The notes beneath the pieces are model-generated. The model did not search any database. It saw only the letters and a list, made by a program, of their open reading frames with translations, and was not told the DNA's origin. The position numbers and the translations under genes were made by a program. A DNA stretch of 64,000 bases. Source: Eledone cirrhosa (Eukaryota). Within the stretch, counting starts at the first letter, position 1; each line of letters starts with the position of its first letter. Location of the stretch: assembly GCA_964016885.1 (NCBI GenBank), contig OZ024740.1, positions 98,022,001 to 98,086,000 of the forward strand. Reading direction: 5' to 3'. Below, piece by piece: positions 10,935 to 22,336 of this stretch.

Positions 10935-11669
10935 CTAGCTAAACTACCCGTCCTTTGGACGGTTCAAGTAGCTTTCGATGTAGCTCATTAAACTAAACAA
11001 AGTAAATTTGAATACATAGAAGAAAAACGTGAAAACCTTAGGCACTATTCCGGCGAAATAATTAATATGTCAGCTCGGTTATACCATGTAACAACAGAAA
11101 TCAAATCTACGTATACATTTTTTTGACAACAGTAAAAGCCCATCATGAAATAGAGAAGTGAAGTGAATAATAGAGACTATTATGTACAAAACATAATATT
11201 GTAAAAGTTATGACATCACTTAATGTATGAACATCAAGCTTGAAACGATAAATTATACAATGTCAAATCTATAACCTAACTTAGTAATCTGTTAGAAATT
11301 GCTGGTTGTGAAATATACAAAATGATATTGTTAGTCTCAAGGAAGCGTATCTTTTGTTTCAAGTACAAAGAGTAAATTAAAATCCGAATAAGCCGAATTA
11401 CGAAAGATAACTCTTGTCTTACTTAAAGATAACCTTTGTCTTACTTAATTACGAAAATTCACACAAATAACCGAAATATTTTGAATGTCTCCAAAGGCCC
11501 CAATATCGATTTTTGAAAGCCTTTGTAGATCATGTACAGGTTTTGTGCAAGGAGAAGCTCTGTAAAACATTTCAAAGAAATCGGATGAATGGTTTAGAAT
11601 ATATGAGCCCTCATTAAAAATTGTCCACACACACATACAGAAAACTTCGTCTTTATATATATACAGAGA
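10935..11669 (-). mobile_element. Complete non-autonomous Helitron
   Basis: The minus strand starts TCTCTGTATATATATAAAG and ends with the hairpin CCGTCC-AAA-GGACGG followed ~9 nt later by CTAG. Inserted between A and T with no TSD. Confidence 0.85.
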
Positions 11670-12064
11670 TACATTCCAAGGAAAAACAAAATTTTCAGAA
11701 ACCTTTAAATTCCTATCTCATTAAAAAATGAGTGTGGATGTGTGTGTAAACATGAATGTACATGTATATTTGTATAATTTTGTGTGTGCATATATATATG
11801 AGGTTTATGAGGTTATATAAAGTATTTTTGTAAGTATTATATACCATGCATTTATATGAATGTGTTTATTTGATATATATCTACACACACACCCATTCAC
11901 ACATATATATGTATATTTTCATATATCATCACATTTTAAAATTGATTTTTCCATATTTAATGGTGATGATGAAGATGATATCTACATAGAGAGATGTGTC
12001 TGTGTTTGTGTGTGTATGTGCATATATACATATATATATGTGTGTGTGTTTGTGTGTGTATGAT

Positions 12065-12212
12065 AATAAAAGGACGATTTGCTATGTCTTCATTACGTTT
12101 ATTGAGTAGTGATGTGCATTTTGCTATTGATCAGCTCAAGGTTCGATCTGTACCTATCTAGCACGACTCTAGAATCAAAAACTCGTCGGCTTCTGTTGTG
12201 ATAATGGCAGAA
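12065..12212 (-). mobile_element. Family A pLTR-like copy with decayed hammerhead
   Basis: Matches ~1405-1504 and, inverted, ~1585-1690. The core has decayed to CCGACGA...CAAAA. Confidence 0.7.
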
Positions 12213-12247
12213 TATATATATATATGTATACGTATATATCTATCTAT

Positions 12248-12608
12248 CTAAGGCGAGTAAAATTCCCGAGATCCATGGACGAGTTCTCTCCAGCGGTCTC
12301 TGTCCTTCATTATCGCTGCCATGTCCTGCGTCTCCAACAGACCAGTGTCTGTCCTTAGGGCATCAACATACGTTAACCTTGGTCTTCCTCTTCTAGTGTG
12401 TCCATGTAGGGGCTCCCAAAGGAGTACTGAGTGCAATGTCACTCTGGATGTCGGTGAGCATGTCCAGCTAACCTCAGTCTCCTCTTCATTGCTGTAGTGG
12501 AGTCTGTGCTGCTGTATGGGTCTGAGACTTGGACACTGACCAAGAAACTCACTCAGATGGTGGATGGGTGCTACACGAGAATGTTGAGGATCGCTCTGAA
12601 CATTAAAC

Positions 12609-12610
<2 letters not shown>
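12248..12610. mobile_element. Short RTE LINE (different family) with a 5' inversion
   Basis: Minus 12486->12248 gives RRLRLAGH...[12 protein letters not shown]...DRDRWR plus stop. Plus 12488-12610 gives the upstream segment [15 protein letters not shown]...RMLRIAL. Confidence 0.85.
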
Positions 12611-12706
<96 letters not shown>

Positions 12707-12707
12707 G

Positions 12708-12770
<63 letters not shown>

Positions 12771-12809
12771 TTATTAAAATAACAGATTAAAGTTTAAGAA
12801 AAGAATCGC

Positions 12810-12964
12810 TGCTTGTATAGCTCTCACAAGCCATTCATCTACACCTAGTTTTCTAATAGCCCACCAGATAATGGTGCAGGGGACGCTGTCAAAGGCTTTT
12901 TCCAGGTCTACAAAAGCTAAGTAGAGGGGTTTACTTTTAACTAGGTACTTCTCTTGTAGTTGTC

Positions 12965-12965
<1 letters not shown>
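12810..12965 (-). mobile_element. Inverted internal RTE RT fragment
   Basis: RQLQEKYLVKSKPLYLAFVDLEKAFD...VDEWLVRAIQA, very similar to 14137-14291 of the adjacent plus-strand RTE. Confidence 0.9.
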
Positions 12966-13048
<83 letters not shown>

Positions 13049-13077
13049 GTATATGTATATGTATATATATATATGTT

Positions 13078-15762
13078 TCACCTCCCAACACAGCCTAGTA
13101 GTTAGTGACCTCACAGTCAGGAATAGACGTACTCGACAACAGAGTAGGCCTACCTTGAGGAGAAGAATATGGAAGTTGAAGGACCCCATAGCCAGTGACA
13201 AATTTAAAAGCTTATAACTTGATGCCTCTGACAATAAGGAAGAGCAATTAGAGACGTGCGATATAGAGGAACAGTGGCAATTCTTGAAAGTGAACCTGCT
13301 GAAAGCAACGGATGAAATCTGTGGCTGGAGCAGACATATTGGCAGGAGGAGAGTAACTTGATTGTGGAACAGTAAGGTAGAAGAGACAATCAAGGCCAAA
13401 AGTCAGGCTTGGAAAGTATGGCAGGATGGGAGAAGTAGAGAGCAATATCAAGTGGCCAGGAGAAAAGCAAGGAGACAAGTGTACCTTGCAAAAAGGGAAG
13501 CAGAGGAAAGAAGGTTCAAGCATGTTCTACAACGTGAAGACCAAAAACGCGAGGTGTTCAGGATTGCTAGACAATGTGTCAAGGGAACCCGTGATATTGT
13601 CGGGGAGAAGTGTGTCCGTAATGATAACGGTGTACTTGCCCTCACTGATGCTGATAAGAAGATAGCCTGGAAGTGTCATTACGAGAGACTATTAAATGAG
13701 GAGAATAAGTGGGAAAAAGATAGTCTGCCCTAAATCGATCCAATAGAAAGACCAGCAGTGCAAGTTAAAGGTAGTATAATAAGTAAGGCAATCAAAGATA
13801 TGAAGACAGGCAAGGTAGCTGGCCCTTCGGAGATAGTTGCTGAGTTGAAGGCATCTGGAATGGTGGGACATACAATCGCCACCCGTATAGTTAACCAAGT
13901 AATACAGAATGGGGTCATACCAAAAGACTGGCGTAGCAGCATCATCATATACTGCTACAAAGGTAAAGGAGATGCTCTAGATAGAGGAAACTATAGAGGC
14001 ATTAAGTTAGTTGACCAGGTCATGAAGGTCACAGAAAGAGTTATAGCGCAACTAATCAGAAAGCGAATTGAACTAGATGAAATGCAGTTTGGGTTTGTGT
14101 CAGGTAAAAGTACCACATACGCTCTTTTCCTTGTACGACAACTACAAGAGAAGTACCTAGCTAAAAGTAAACCCCCTCTACTTAGCTTTTGTAGACATGG
14201 AAAAAGCCTTTGACAGAGTCCCCCGCACAAATATCTGGTGGGCTCTTAGAAAACTAGGTGTAGATGAATGGCTTGTGAGAGCTATACAAGCTATGTATAA
14301 TTAAACAGTCAGTAAGTTTAGAATTAACAATGAATTTAGTGTAAAAGTTGGTGCTCACCAAGGCTCTGTCCTTAGTCTCCTCCTATTTATTATTGCCCTT
14401 CAAGCTATAACAGAGGAGTTCAAGACCGGCTGCCCATAGGAACTCCTATACGCAGATTATCTAACGCTCATAGCAGAATCAAAAGGCCTTAAAGTTAACG
14501 TGTCTAAGACTAAAGTCCTTGTTCGTAGAAAGGAAAATAAGGCACAGGTACCCCCAGGGAAATGGCCTTGCTCAGTGTGTAGGAAAGGAGTAGGCAGAAA
14601 TTCCATTTTATGTCCCAAATGCAAAGTATGGGTACATAAAAGATGTAGTGGGATCACAGGTAAACTATCTAAGAACGTAGATTGTATATGTAGCCGATGC
14701 TCAGGTGCAATAGGTAGCAAGTGTCCACAGGATACTAGCCCCTTCTATTGCCCAGATGGTTCTATAGAAATAGTAGACACTTTCCGTTACCTGGGTGACG
14801 AAATCAGCAGTGGTGGAGTGTGTTCTGAAAGTACAGTAGTCAGAACGGGATGGAAAAAGTTCAGAGAGCTTATACTACTGTTGGCCACAAAAGGTTTCTC
14901 TCTAAAAATGAAAGGCAGATTGTATGATGCTTGTATACGAACAGCAATGCTACATGGCAGTGAGACATGGGCATTGCGTTCAGAGGATCTGCGTAGACTG
15001 GAAAGGAATGAAGCATGCATGCTCCGTTCGATGTGTATTAGTAATAGACGTGAACGCCAAAGCATAAATGAACTAAATGAGAAATTAAGAATAAGAGGGA
15101 TCAGATGCTGTTTACTCGAGAGAAGAATACGTTGGTACGGCCACGTGATGCGCATGAAAGACGACAGCTGTATAAAAATGTGCAGGGCGATAAAAATTGA
15201 TGGTAGTTACGGAGTAGTTAATCCCAGAAAAACCTGGGACGATCTGATAAATTCCGACCTTACACACTTGCACCTCTCTAAGACAATGTCACTGGACCGA
15301 GATCTTTGGCGCTACGCAGTAATACAGAAGACCCGCCTTGCCTATGTACAAATGAAACCTACAGTCAGTAGGCACCTCTTAACTAAATATACACCCCAAT
15401 CCACTACCCCTACCCTATCCTCCCACTCCAACCAACACCACCCTCTCTCTATAAAGTTGGTACCACAACATCCAGTCCAAATAAATGAGATAAATGAGAT
15501 CGAGATCGTGTAGGTGTCACGAAAAAAAAACACACAGTCCACGCTGTAATGTGGCCGTGGAGGTGACACGATAAAAAGTTCGCAGTTCAACACTGTAAAT
15601 GTGGTTGTTGTTAGGAAGGGCATCCAGCCGTAGAAAATCTGCCAGATAGTCGTATATGAGCAAGACATGGTCAGCCGACCAACCTTGCCTCAAGTGGGAC
15701 AACACCCCTCTAACCCATGCTAGCGTGGAAAAACGACGTTAAACGAAAATGATGATGATGAT
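13078..15762 (+). mobile_element. 5'-truncated, disrupted RTE LINE (sister subfamily of 3457-6085)
   Basis: ORF fragments 13362-13733, 13758-14213 and 14500-15513 are collinear with the 690-aa ORF. It has stops, a frameshift near 14175 and a deletion near 14480. The PHD-like finger is retained, and a 3' UTR and (GAT)n tail follow. Confidence 0.93.
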
Positions 15763-15887
15763 CCTACCCTCACGTAAATTCTGAAACAGTAGCCAATTGG
15801 TTGATGGCATTGTGATGACGCATTGGGATTTCAGTTGCTAATGTACTACTGTGTTGCCCTTCACATTCACTATCATAGCTGACATGG

Positions 15888-16040
15888 ACCCCAATCCCTA
15901 TCATCTCATTTCTACAGCTGAGTGAACTGTAGCAATGTGAAATAAAGTGGCTTGCTCAATGAAACAACACATCACCCGGTCTGAGAATTGAACTCACAAC
16001 CTTTCGATTGCAAGGCCAATGCTCTAATCACTAAGCCATG
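15888..16040 (-). mobile_element. 5' part of CORE-like SINE
   Basis: Matches ~2230-2370. Confidence 0.85.
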
Positions 16041-16043
16041 TAC

Positions 16044-16432
16044 AAAGGCGATGACACAGGACCGTGACCTCTGACGTCACACAGTAATACAGCAGACCCG
16101 ACTTCCCACAGGTACAAACCGAAGCTGAAGCATATAGACAATATGACCCCACCTCTTCAAACTGCAAAGTGGTCGTGGAGGTGCCACGACAAAAAAGCAC
16201 CCAGCCCACACCGTAAAGTGGTCATGTAGGCGCAATGGCAAAAAAGTACTCAGCACTCACTGTAAATGAGGTTGGTGTTAGGAAGGGCATCCAGCTGTAG
16301 AAACCAAGCCAAAATCAGTTCCTGTATGAGCAAGACAAGGTCACCTGACCGGGCACTAGCCACAACAGGACAACCCCTCTAACCCATGCTAGTGTGAAAG
16401 AATGGAGGCAAAGCGGTGATGATGATGATGAT
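16044..16432 (+). mobile_element. RTE LINE 3' end (ORF tail plus UTR)
   Basis: Matches ~5705-6085 and ends in (GAT)n. Confidence 0.9.
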
Positions 16433-16496
16433 ATACATATGTATATGTATGTACATATATACATATGTGTATATATATATTCATATATATGTGTGT

Positions 16497-16900
16497 ATCA
16501 TCATCATCATCATTTTACGTCTGCTTTTCCCTACTTGCAGGGGTGAGACGGGTACTGATCCTGGCTTGATTTCTACAGCTGGGTGCCCTTCCTAACACTA
16601 ACCTCATTTACAGTGAGTGCTGGGTGCTTTTTTTCCATGGTGCTTTTTTTCCATGGTGCTTTCACGTCCACTTTACAGTGTTCGCTGGGTGCTTTTTTTT
16701 TGCCGTGGCACCTCCACGACCAATTTGCAGTAGAATGATAGGGACCCCACACCCTATCATCTCATTTCTACAGCTGAGTAAACTGGAGCAATTTGAAATA
16801 AAGTGTCTTGCTCAAGGAAACAACACATCACCCTGTTTGAGAATTGAACTCACAACCTTTCGATTGCAAGCCCAATGCGCTAACCACTAAGCCATGTGCC
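16497..16900 (-). mobile_element. Full-length CORE-like SINE with RTE-derived tail
   Basis: Matches 2013-2378. Confidence 0.87.
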
Positions 16901-17261
16901 ACATATATATGTGTGTGTATGTTTATATCGCCCTATAACTTCTGAGAGAGCTGTAGGAAAGCTGTATTGGTATATGGCATTTCTAGGGCATATATTTTTT
17001 TAACTTGATAGAGCGCAAATACTCACCAAGATTCAATATAGAGGATTTCCTTGATAGAAGGATAGATATTAATAGAATCATGGAAGTGAGAAAGAGATGT
17101 AGAGGTAGAATTGACCACATTTCAAGACTGACACTGATTTTATCGACCTTGAAGGTATAAAAAGCATAGTTGACCTCAGAAAAATTTGTTCAGAATTGAA
17201 TACCTGAAAGCCCTTATTCTGACATCCTAACAATTCTGCCAATTTCCTCCCCATACACACT

Positions 17262-17292
<31 letters not shown>

Positions 17293-17425
17293 TGGAACAA
17301 GTATGTCCCCAACGGCCGAGCTCTGCCGTCGGGGTTATACTTGTTCCTATTACCCACTCTACTACCCTAAGTATTGACTACTTGGTGCGTTATGGTCCAT
17401 CTGGTTCCTTACCACTTTTCCCTCG
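17293..17425. mobile_element. Short GC-hairpin element embedded in (TA)n
   Basis: Hairpin GGAACAAGTAT..CCCC.ACGGC / GCCGTCGGGG..ATACTTGTTCC plus a ~70-nt tail. A second copy lies at 43887-44044. Confidence 0.7.
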
Positions 17426-17903
17426 TTATATATATATATATATCATCCTCATTAATTAACATTATCAGAGAGAAATAGCCAGATGACAAGATGTTCTTAA
17501 ATGCACACCATTATACATGTCACTTAATGTGATATATATAGCTATAATTGTAGAATCAAGTAAAAAATAATATCTAAGAACTTATTTACTTGAACAGCTC
17601 CTTGTGTAATTGAAATTTTCTTCTTTTGGAACAAGGATATGATATGTATACCCACACACACAAACACATAGGCCACAACAAAGCCATTCAACAACTATAT
17701 GTACATATTCATATATACATATATACATATATCTACAAAGATATACATATATATAAAAATATATATATGTGTGTGTGTTTGTGTGTGTATGTCTGTTTTC
17801 ATCTATCCTTATATTTGAAATATGTATGCGTGCTTATTCACTGAAAGAACTGGTATACTCAGAAAAGTTAGAACAATATTGCTTATGAAACAGGGGTTCA
17901 TAA

Positions 17904-17904
<1 letters not shown>

Positions 17905-17960
<56 letters not shown>

Positions 17961-18064
17961 CTCTCTCTATGTCATATATATATATATATATATATATTTA
18001 TACATATATACATACATATTCACACATACATATATATATATATATACATGTATACGTATAGACA

Positions 18065-18100
<36 letters not shown>

Positions 18101-18169
18101 CATACACATACATACATACACATATATATATAAATACATATATACACGTACATATATATACATATACAT

Positions 18170-18222
<53 letters not shown>

Positions 18223-18225
18223 TAT

Positions 18226-18296
<71 letters not shown>

Positions 18297-18361
18297 CACA
18301 TACATACATACACATATATATATAAATACATATATACACATACATATATATACATATACAT

Positions 18362-18402
<41 letters not shown>

Positions 18403-18405
18403 TAT

Positions 18406-18455
<50 letters not shown>
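17905..18455. repeat. (CT)n followed by a compound (TA)/(CA)/(TACATA) microsatellite block with an internal ~190-bp duplication
   Basis: Direct reading of the sequence. Confidence 0.9.
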
Positions 18456-18459
<4 letters not shown>

Positions 18460-18758
18460 AGTTTCTAGTCATGGTAGCAGTGTATATTTAGTAAAAACTC
18501 TATTTACTTTGTCTTTGTTTAATAATAATGGAAACGAGACTTGTTCATGACTTGCCTCAGTAATTCACTGACAAATACCAGCTGATAATACAATATTCTA
18601 GACAAAAGGAACAAGAATAAAACTCTTAAAGTGTGATTACATACATTTTTGTATTTGCATACAATTACAGGCTTACATATATATATGTGAGTGTTTGTAT
18701 GTGCATGTATATATGTCTTTCTCTCATATAAATATATATATATATATATATATAATGG

Positions 18759-18797
<39 letters not shown>

Positions 18798-18799
18798 GG

Positions 18800-18856
<57 letters not shown>

Positions 18857-18929
18857 GTACTCTCTTTTCTTCTTCTTTTTCAGATCTAATGATCTTTTGA
18901 GAAATAACTCAATATTAATAATTGTGTAT

Positions 18930-19480
18930 ATATAAAATTGTGTTCAGATTTTTACCACATAGCTATGATGTTTCAGCAAAACTATCTACTTGTTGATAAG
19001 CCTCTTCAGAGCAGAACTGTTTGCTATTCCACTTCCTCTAGTATATATTAAATGGTTGTGTGTATGTATAGAGATAGCTATGTTGTAGTGAGTGCAAGCA
19101 ACTGAAGGTTGGATGTATTGTTGCCAGAATCGTAGTTGCAAAGACTTTTTTTTGTAATTTAATCTAATCATTATAATTTTGTTTGCAAGCTAATGTCTTC
19201 GTAAGATGTGTTGTTGGTGTAGTATAGTTAATAGTTCTAATGGTTAGTTAGGAGTTGTATTTTTGTGTTTTGTTAATTTTTCTATGTTTTGAGTTTTATA
19301 AATTGTGACTTCCCATTTTTATAGGGAGGTCTAAATAGGGATCATTTTTACGATTTCTATAAAAGGTAATATACATCCATGTAAGAGGTTCTAAATCTAT
19401 TCACTAGATTTTGGTTTAAACTTTAATTTTAACTTTTTAATTGTATAGGTATTGTTAATATGGCATAATTCTTATTTTCT
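18930..19480 (-). mobile_element. Probable decayed PLE 3' end with degenerate hammerhead (~18960-19012)
   Basis: Minus strand: GCT-CTGAAGA-GGC...GCT-GAAAC..AGC. The upstream A-rich region may be a decayed coding remnant. Confidence 0.4.
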
Positions 19481-20639
19481 CCATACCTCTCTCTCTATCT
19501 GTCACTCCTGTCACTCTCTCTCTTCTTTATCTTCACCCATATATTCCTGGGAAGTTTATGGGAGCAGAGTCCTCAGACATACCTTCTAGAGCACTCTAAC
19601 AGAAGCAACTATTTGCAAATAATATGCCTGGATCTCGAAGCATGACCAAACTTATGGATGTTATTCAAACTTATTGTGGCTCTATATTTAGAGGAATCTC
19701 ATTTTGGTTGCTCGTATTTGTCATCATATACTTTTTACCAAAATTCATGGACATAGATAATGATAAGCACACAGAAATGAAGATAGCAATTCTGCCTTTT
19801 ACACTTGCCTCCCTTTTCTGATGAGAGAGTGTTGAAGCTAGCACTTTACTGCACAAGCTACATTCTTGTATTTAATGATTGGCAGAGCTCTCTTACTGGA
19901 GAATGGGTCACAAGTGGTGAATAATTATGCAGCCATGAGATATAATGTTTAACAACAATATAAATGGATTACTGTTGGAAAAATAAGCAGCCCTAGACCA
20001 AACAGCAGTGAGCTATTAGGGGAGATGGAGCAATAGGTAAAATTATTAGCTCCCAAGAAAACTCTCACAACTCTGATGTAATAATAATGAGGTGAGTAAA
20101 GGCTACCTTTAAAAAACCTTGGCTTTGTGGGTCTGAAAAAATTAAATTCATGACTACATATGATCAGATTTAATAAAAGCAATCATACTACAAAAAAATG
20201 TGCATGGGGTGACAAAGAATGCATTTGGGCCTTAAGTAGAGAGTTCTCTTTGAAACATGTATTGTAGTCTCCAGCTAACACTGAGAAAACATGTGGTAAG
20301 ACTGTGACTTATCATGGTGGGCATGGGATGAATGCACAAAAAATTTGGTTATCCCAAGACCCCTAAAAGTGTACAGAAAAAAGCAATCATTAACATTTGA
20401 CAACTGGACCATTAGAACCCCAATAGGTAAAGTTCAGCAACTAGTGGAGTAGGACAGATATTACTGGCTAGATGTAGTCAGTGTTTCCTAAAGAAAGTTC
20501 CACGGCACTGGTACTGTATATTCGGATGGAGGATTGAAACTCCACAATTCTGGTGTGGGACAAAACGAACAGGAGTGGGGATACTCACAAACCCAGTTGT
20601 TAAAACGGTTATGGCTGAAGAAATGAAGAAAGTGTGATG

Positions 20640-21195
20640 TATGTGGTGGTCTGTATGTGGCTGTGGGTGTTCATGGGTATATGTAAGAGAGGGAGAATGT
20701 GTGTGTGTGTATATATGTGCATGGGGTATGTGTGTCTACACATGTGTGCGTACATATGTGTATGCATGTATGTGTGTGTGCCTGTGTGTGTTTATGTGTG
20801 TGTATATATATGTGTGTGTATATATGTGGGTACATACTCGGGAGTGTGAACAGACGTGTGAGATACCAAACCCAGCATGGCTCCATTGAAGTGTGTCGGA
20901 CGGAAAACAGCTGATGACCAGTGTAGTGGTAAATAGTGACAGAATTTATGATGACGTAGAAAAACAACAGCCAATGGCATGACAAGAGTGGAAGATGTTT
21001 TTTTAGGGAGTTTTTTGATAATAACACCCCAGTGAGAAAATTTGCTCCGAAAGATTTGCATGTGTCTGAAGGAACCTCCATCCGTAGAATCAGCCAGATC
21101 CATACAGTGATCATGTCTCGAGCTACCTACCGGCGAAACAATTGTAACACGCAATAAACTAAGTCCAGATGCATCACTGATTTTTGTTTTTTTTA
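20640..21195 (+). mobile_element. ~550-bp non-coding repeat (family D) ending in a hammerhead-like motif, AATAAA and (TA)n
   Basis: Also present as both arms of the palindrome at 39405-40542. The 3' end reads GTGT-CTGAAGG...GAA-ACAATTGT-A-ACACG-CAATAAA. Confidence 0.8.
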
Positions 21196-21277
21196 TACAA
21201 TAAATATATATAATATATATATATATATAATATATATATATATATAATATATATATATATATAATATATATATATAT

Positions 21278-21371
<94 letters not shown>

Positions 21372-21789
21372 GTAATCTGAATTTTTCGAATATTAATAGT
21401 AACATTCGATTCGTTTGCAATTTTGCAAACAAGCCTCAATTTTATAGCCATGTCAGAAGAATGAACACTTCATTCTTGCTCTTATGTTGGCATGCGAACA
21501 GAACTGCAGACACTAATGTTTCTGGGTGTCACCCTTCATCAGTACAGCTCACTGTTCACCTGCCAAACTGTCAGAGCTAGTGAAAATATATGCTATTTTC
21601 AAAAATACACACTGACTGATTGGCCTGATTTGCATATTAGCAGACTGGCTGATCAGTCAGATCTACATATTAGCAGATCCATTGATTAGCCAGATTTCCA
21701 TATCAGCGAAATTTTCTTTTTTATTTGAATTTGGCCATTTATCGCTCGTATACAGGAAACTGACTAGCCAGGCTGCTGATATGCAAATC

Positions 21790-21943
21790 TGGCAGAATGG
21801 CCTCATACCAAATGACTGGCGTTGCAGCATCAGCATTAACTGCTACACAAGGGTAAAGGAGATGCTCTAGATAGGGAAACTATAGAGGCATTAAGTTACT
21901 TGACTAGGTCATGAAGGTCACAGAAAGAGTTATAGCGCAACTC
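21790..21943 (+). mobile_element. RTE RT internal fragment
   Basis: QNGLIPNDWR...NYRGIKL..VMKVTERVIAQL, matching ~13905-14053. Confidence 0.85.
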
Positions 21944-22336
21944 AAATTAGAGGTGGTGGCCTTCACACCACTTTGGTGTGTCGTATTTGTGTTGCGTGTT
22001 ATTTGAGATTGTAACCTAGAAAAGCATGTAACAGTCGGTAGCCACAAAAACGGCCCTGGCAAGATCACGCTGGAACGTAAAAAAAAATGTGTAAATAAGA
22101 TGTAGGGAAATGTAGATTAATTAGGTTAAAACTACGGAACATCGATAGCAAAGCATAATAGCAACATATAAATGCGGAAAACGGAGACATTGAACATTTA
22201 TAGCATTTAACAAAAGCAACCTTAGAAGCGTACGTGGTATTGTCAAAAGGACAAAAATAGCACACGGATACAGCAAATGTAAGCACTTATACAAAAAAAA
22301 AAAAAACAGCGATTACTTGTTGGCGGATGTGGTGCC

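Noticed and set aside
18860-18910. Polypyrimidine-AG acceptor-like site (others at ~36345 and ~50140)
   Set aside because: No supportable exon chain; such motifs are common by chance in AT-rich DNA.
19540-20620. Possible host exon(s) or ORF 19624-19821
   Set aside because: No recognisable domain or convincing splice structure. It may be a very old LINE remnant, but this cannot be supported by eye.
20905-20980. CTGATGA-CCA..TGG-TAAA as a hammerhead or SECIS
   Set aside because: There is no GAAA, the stem is not conserved in the two other family D copies, and there is no linked TGA-containing ORF.
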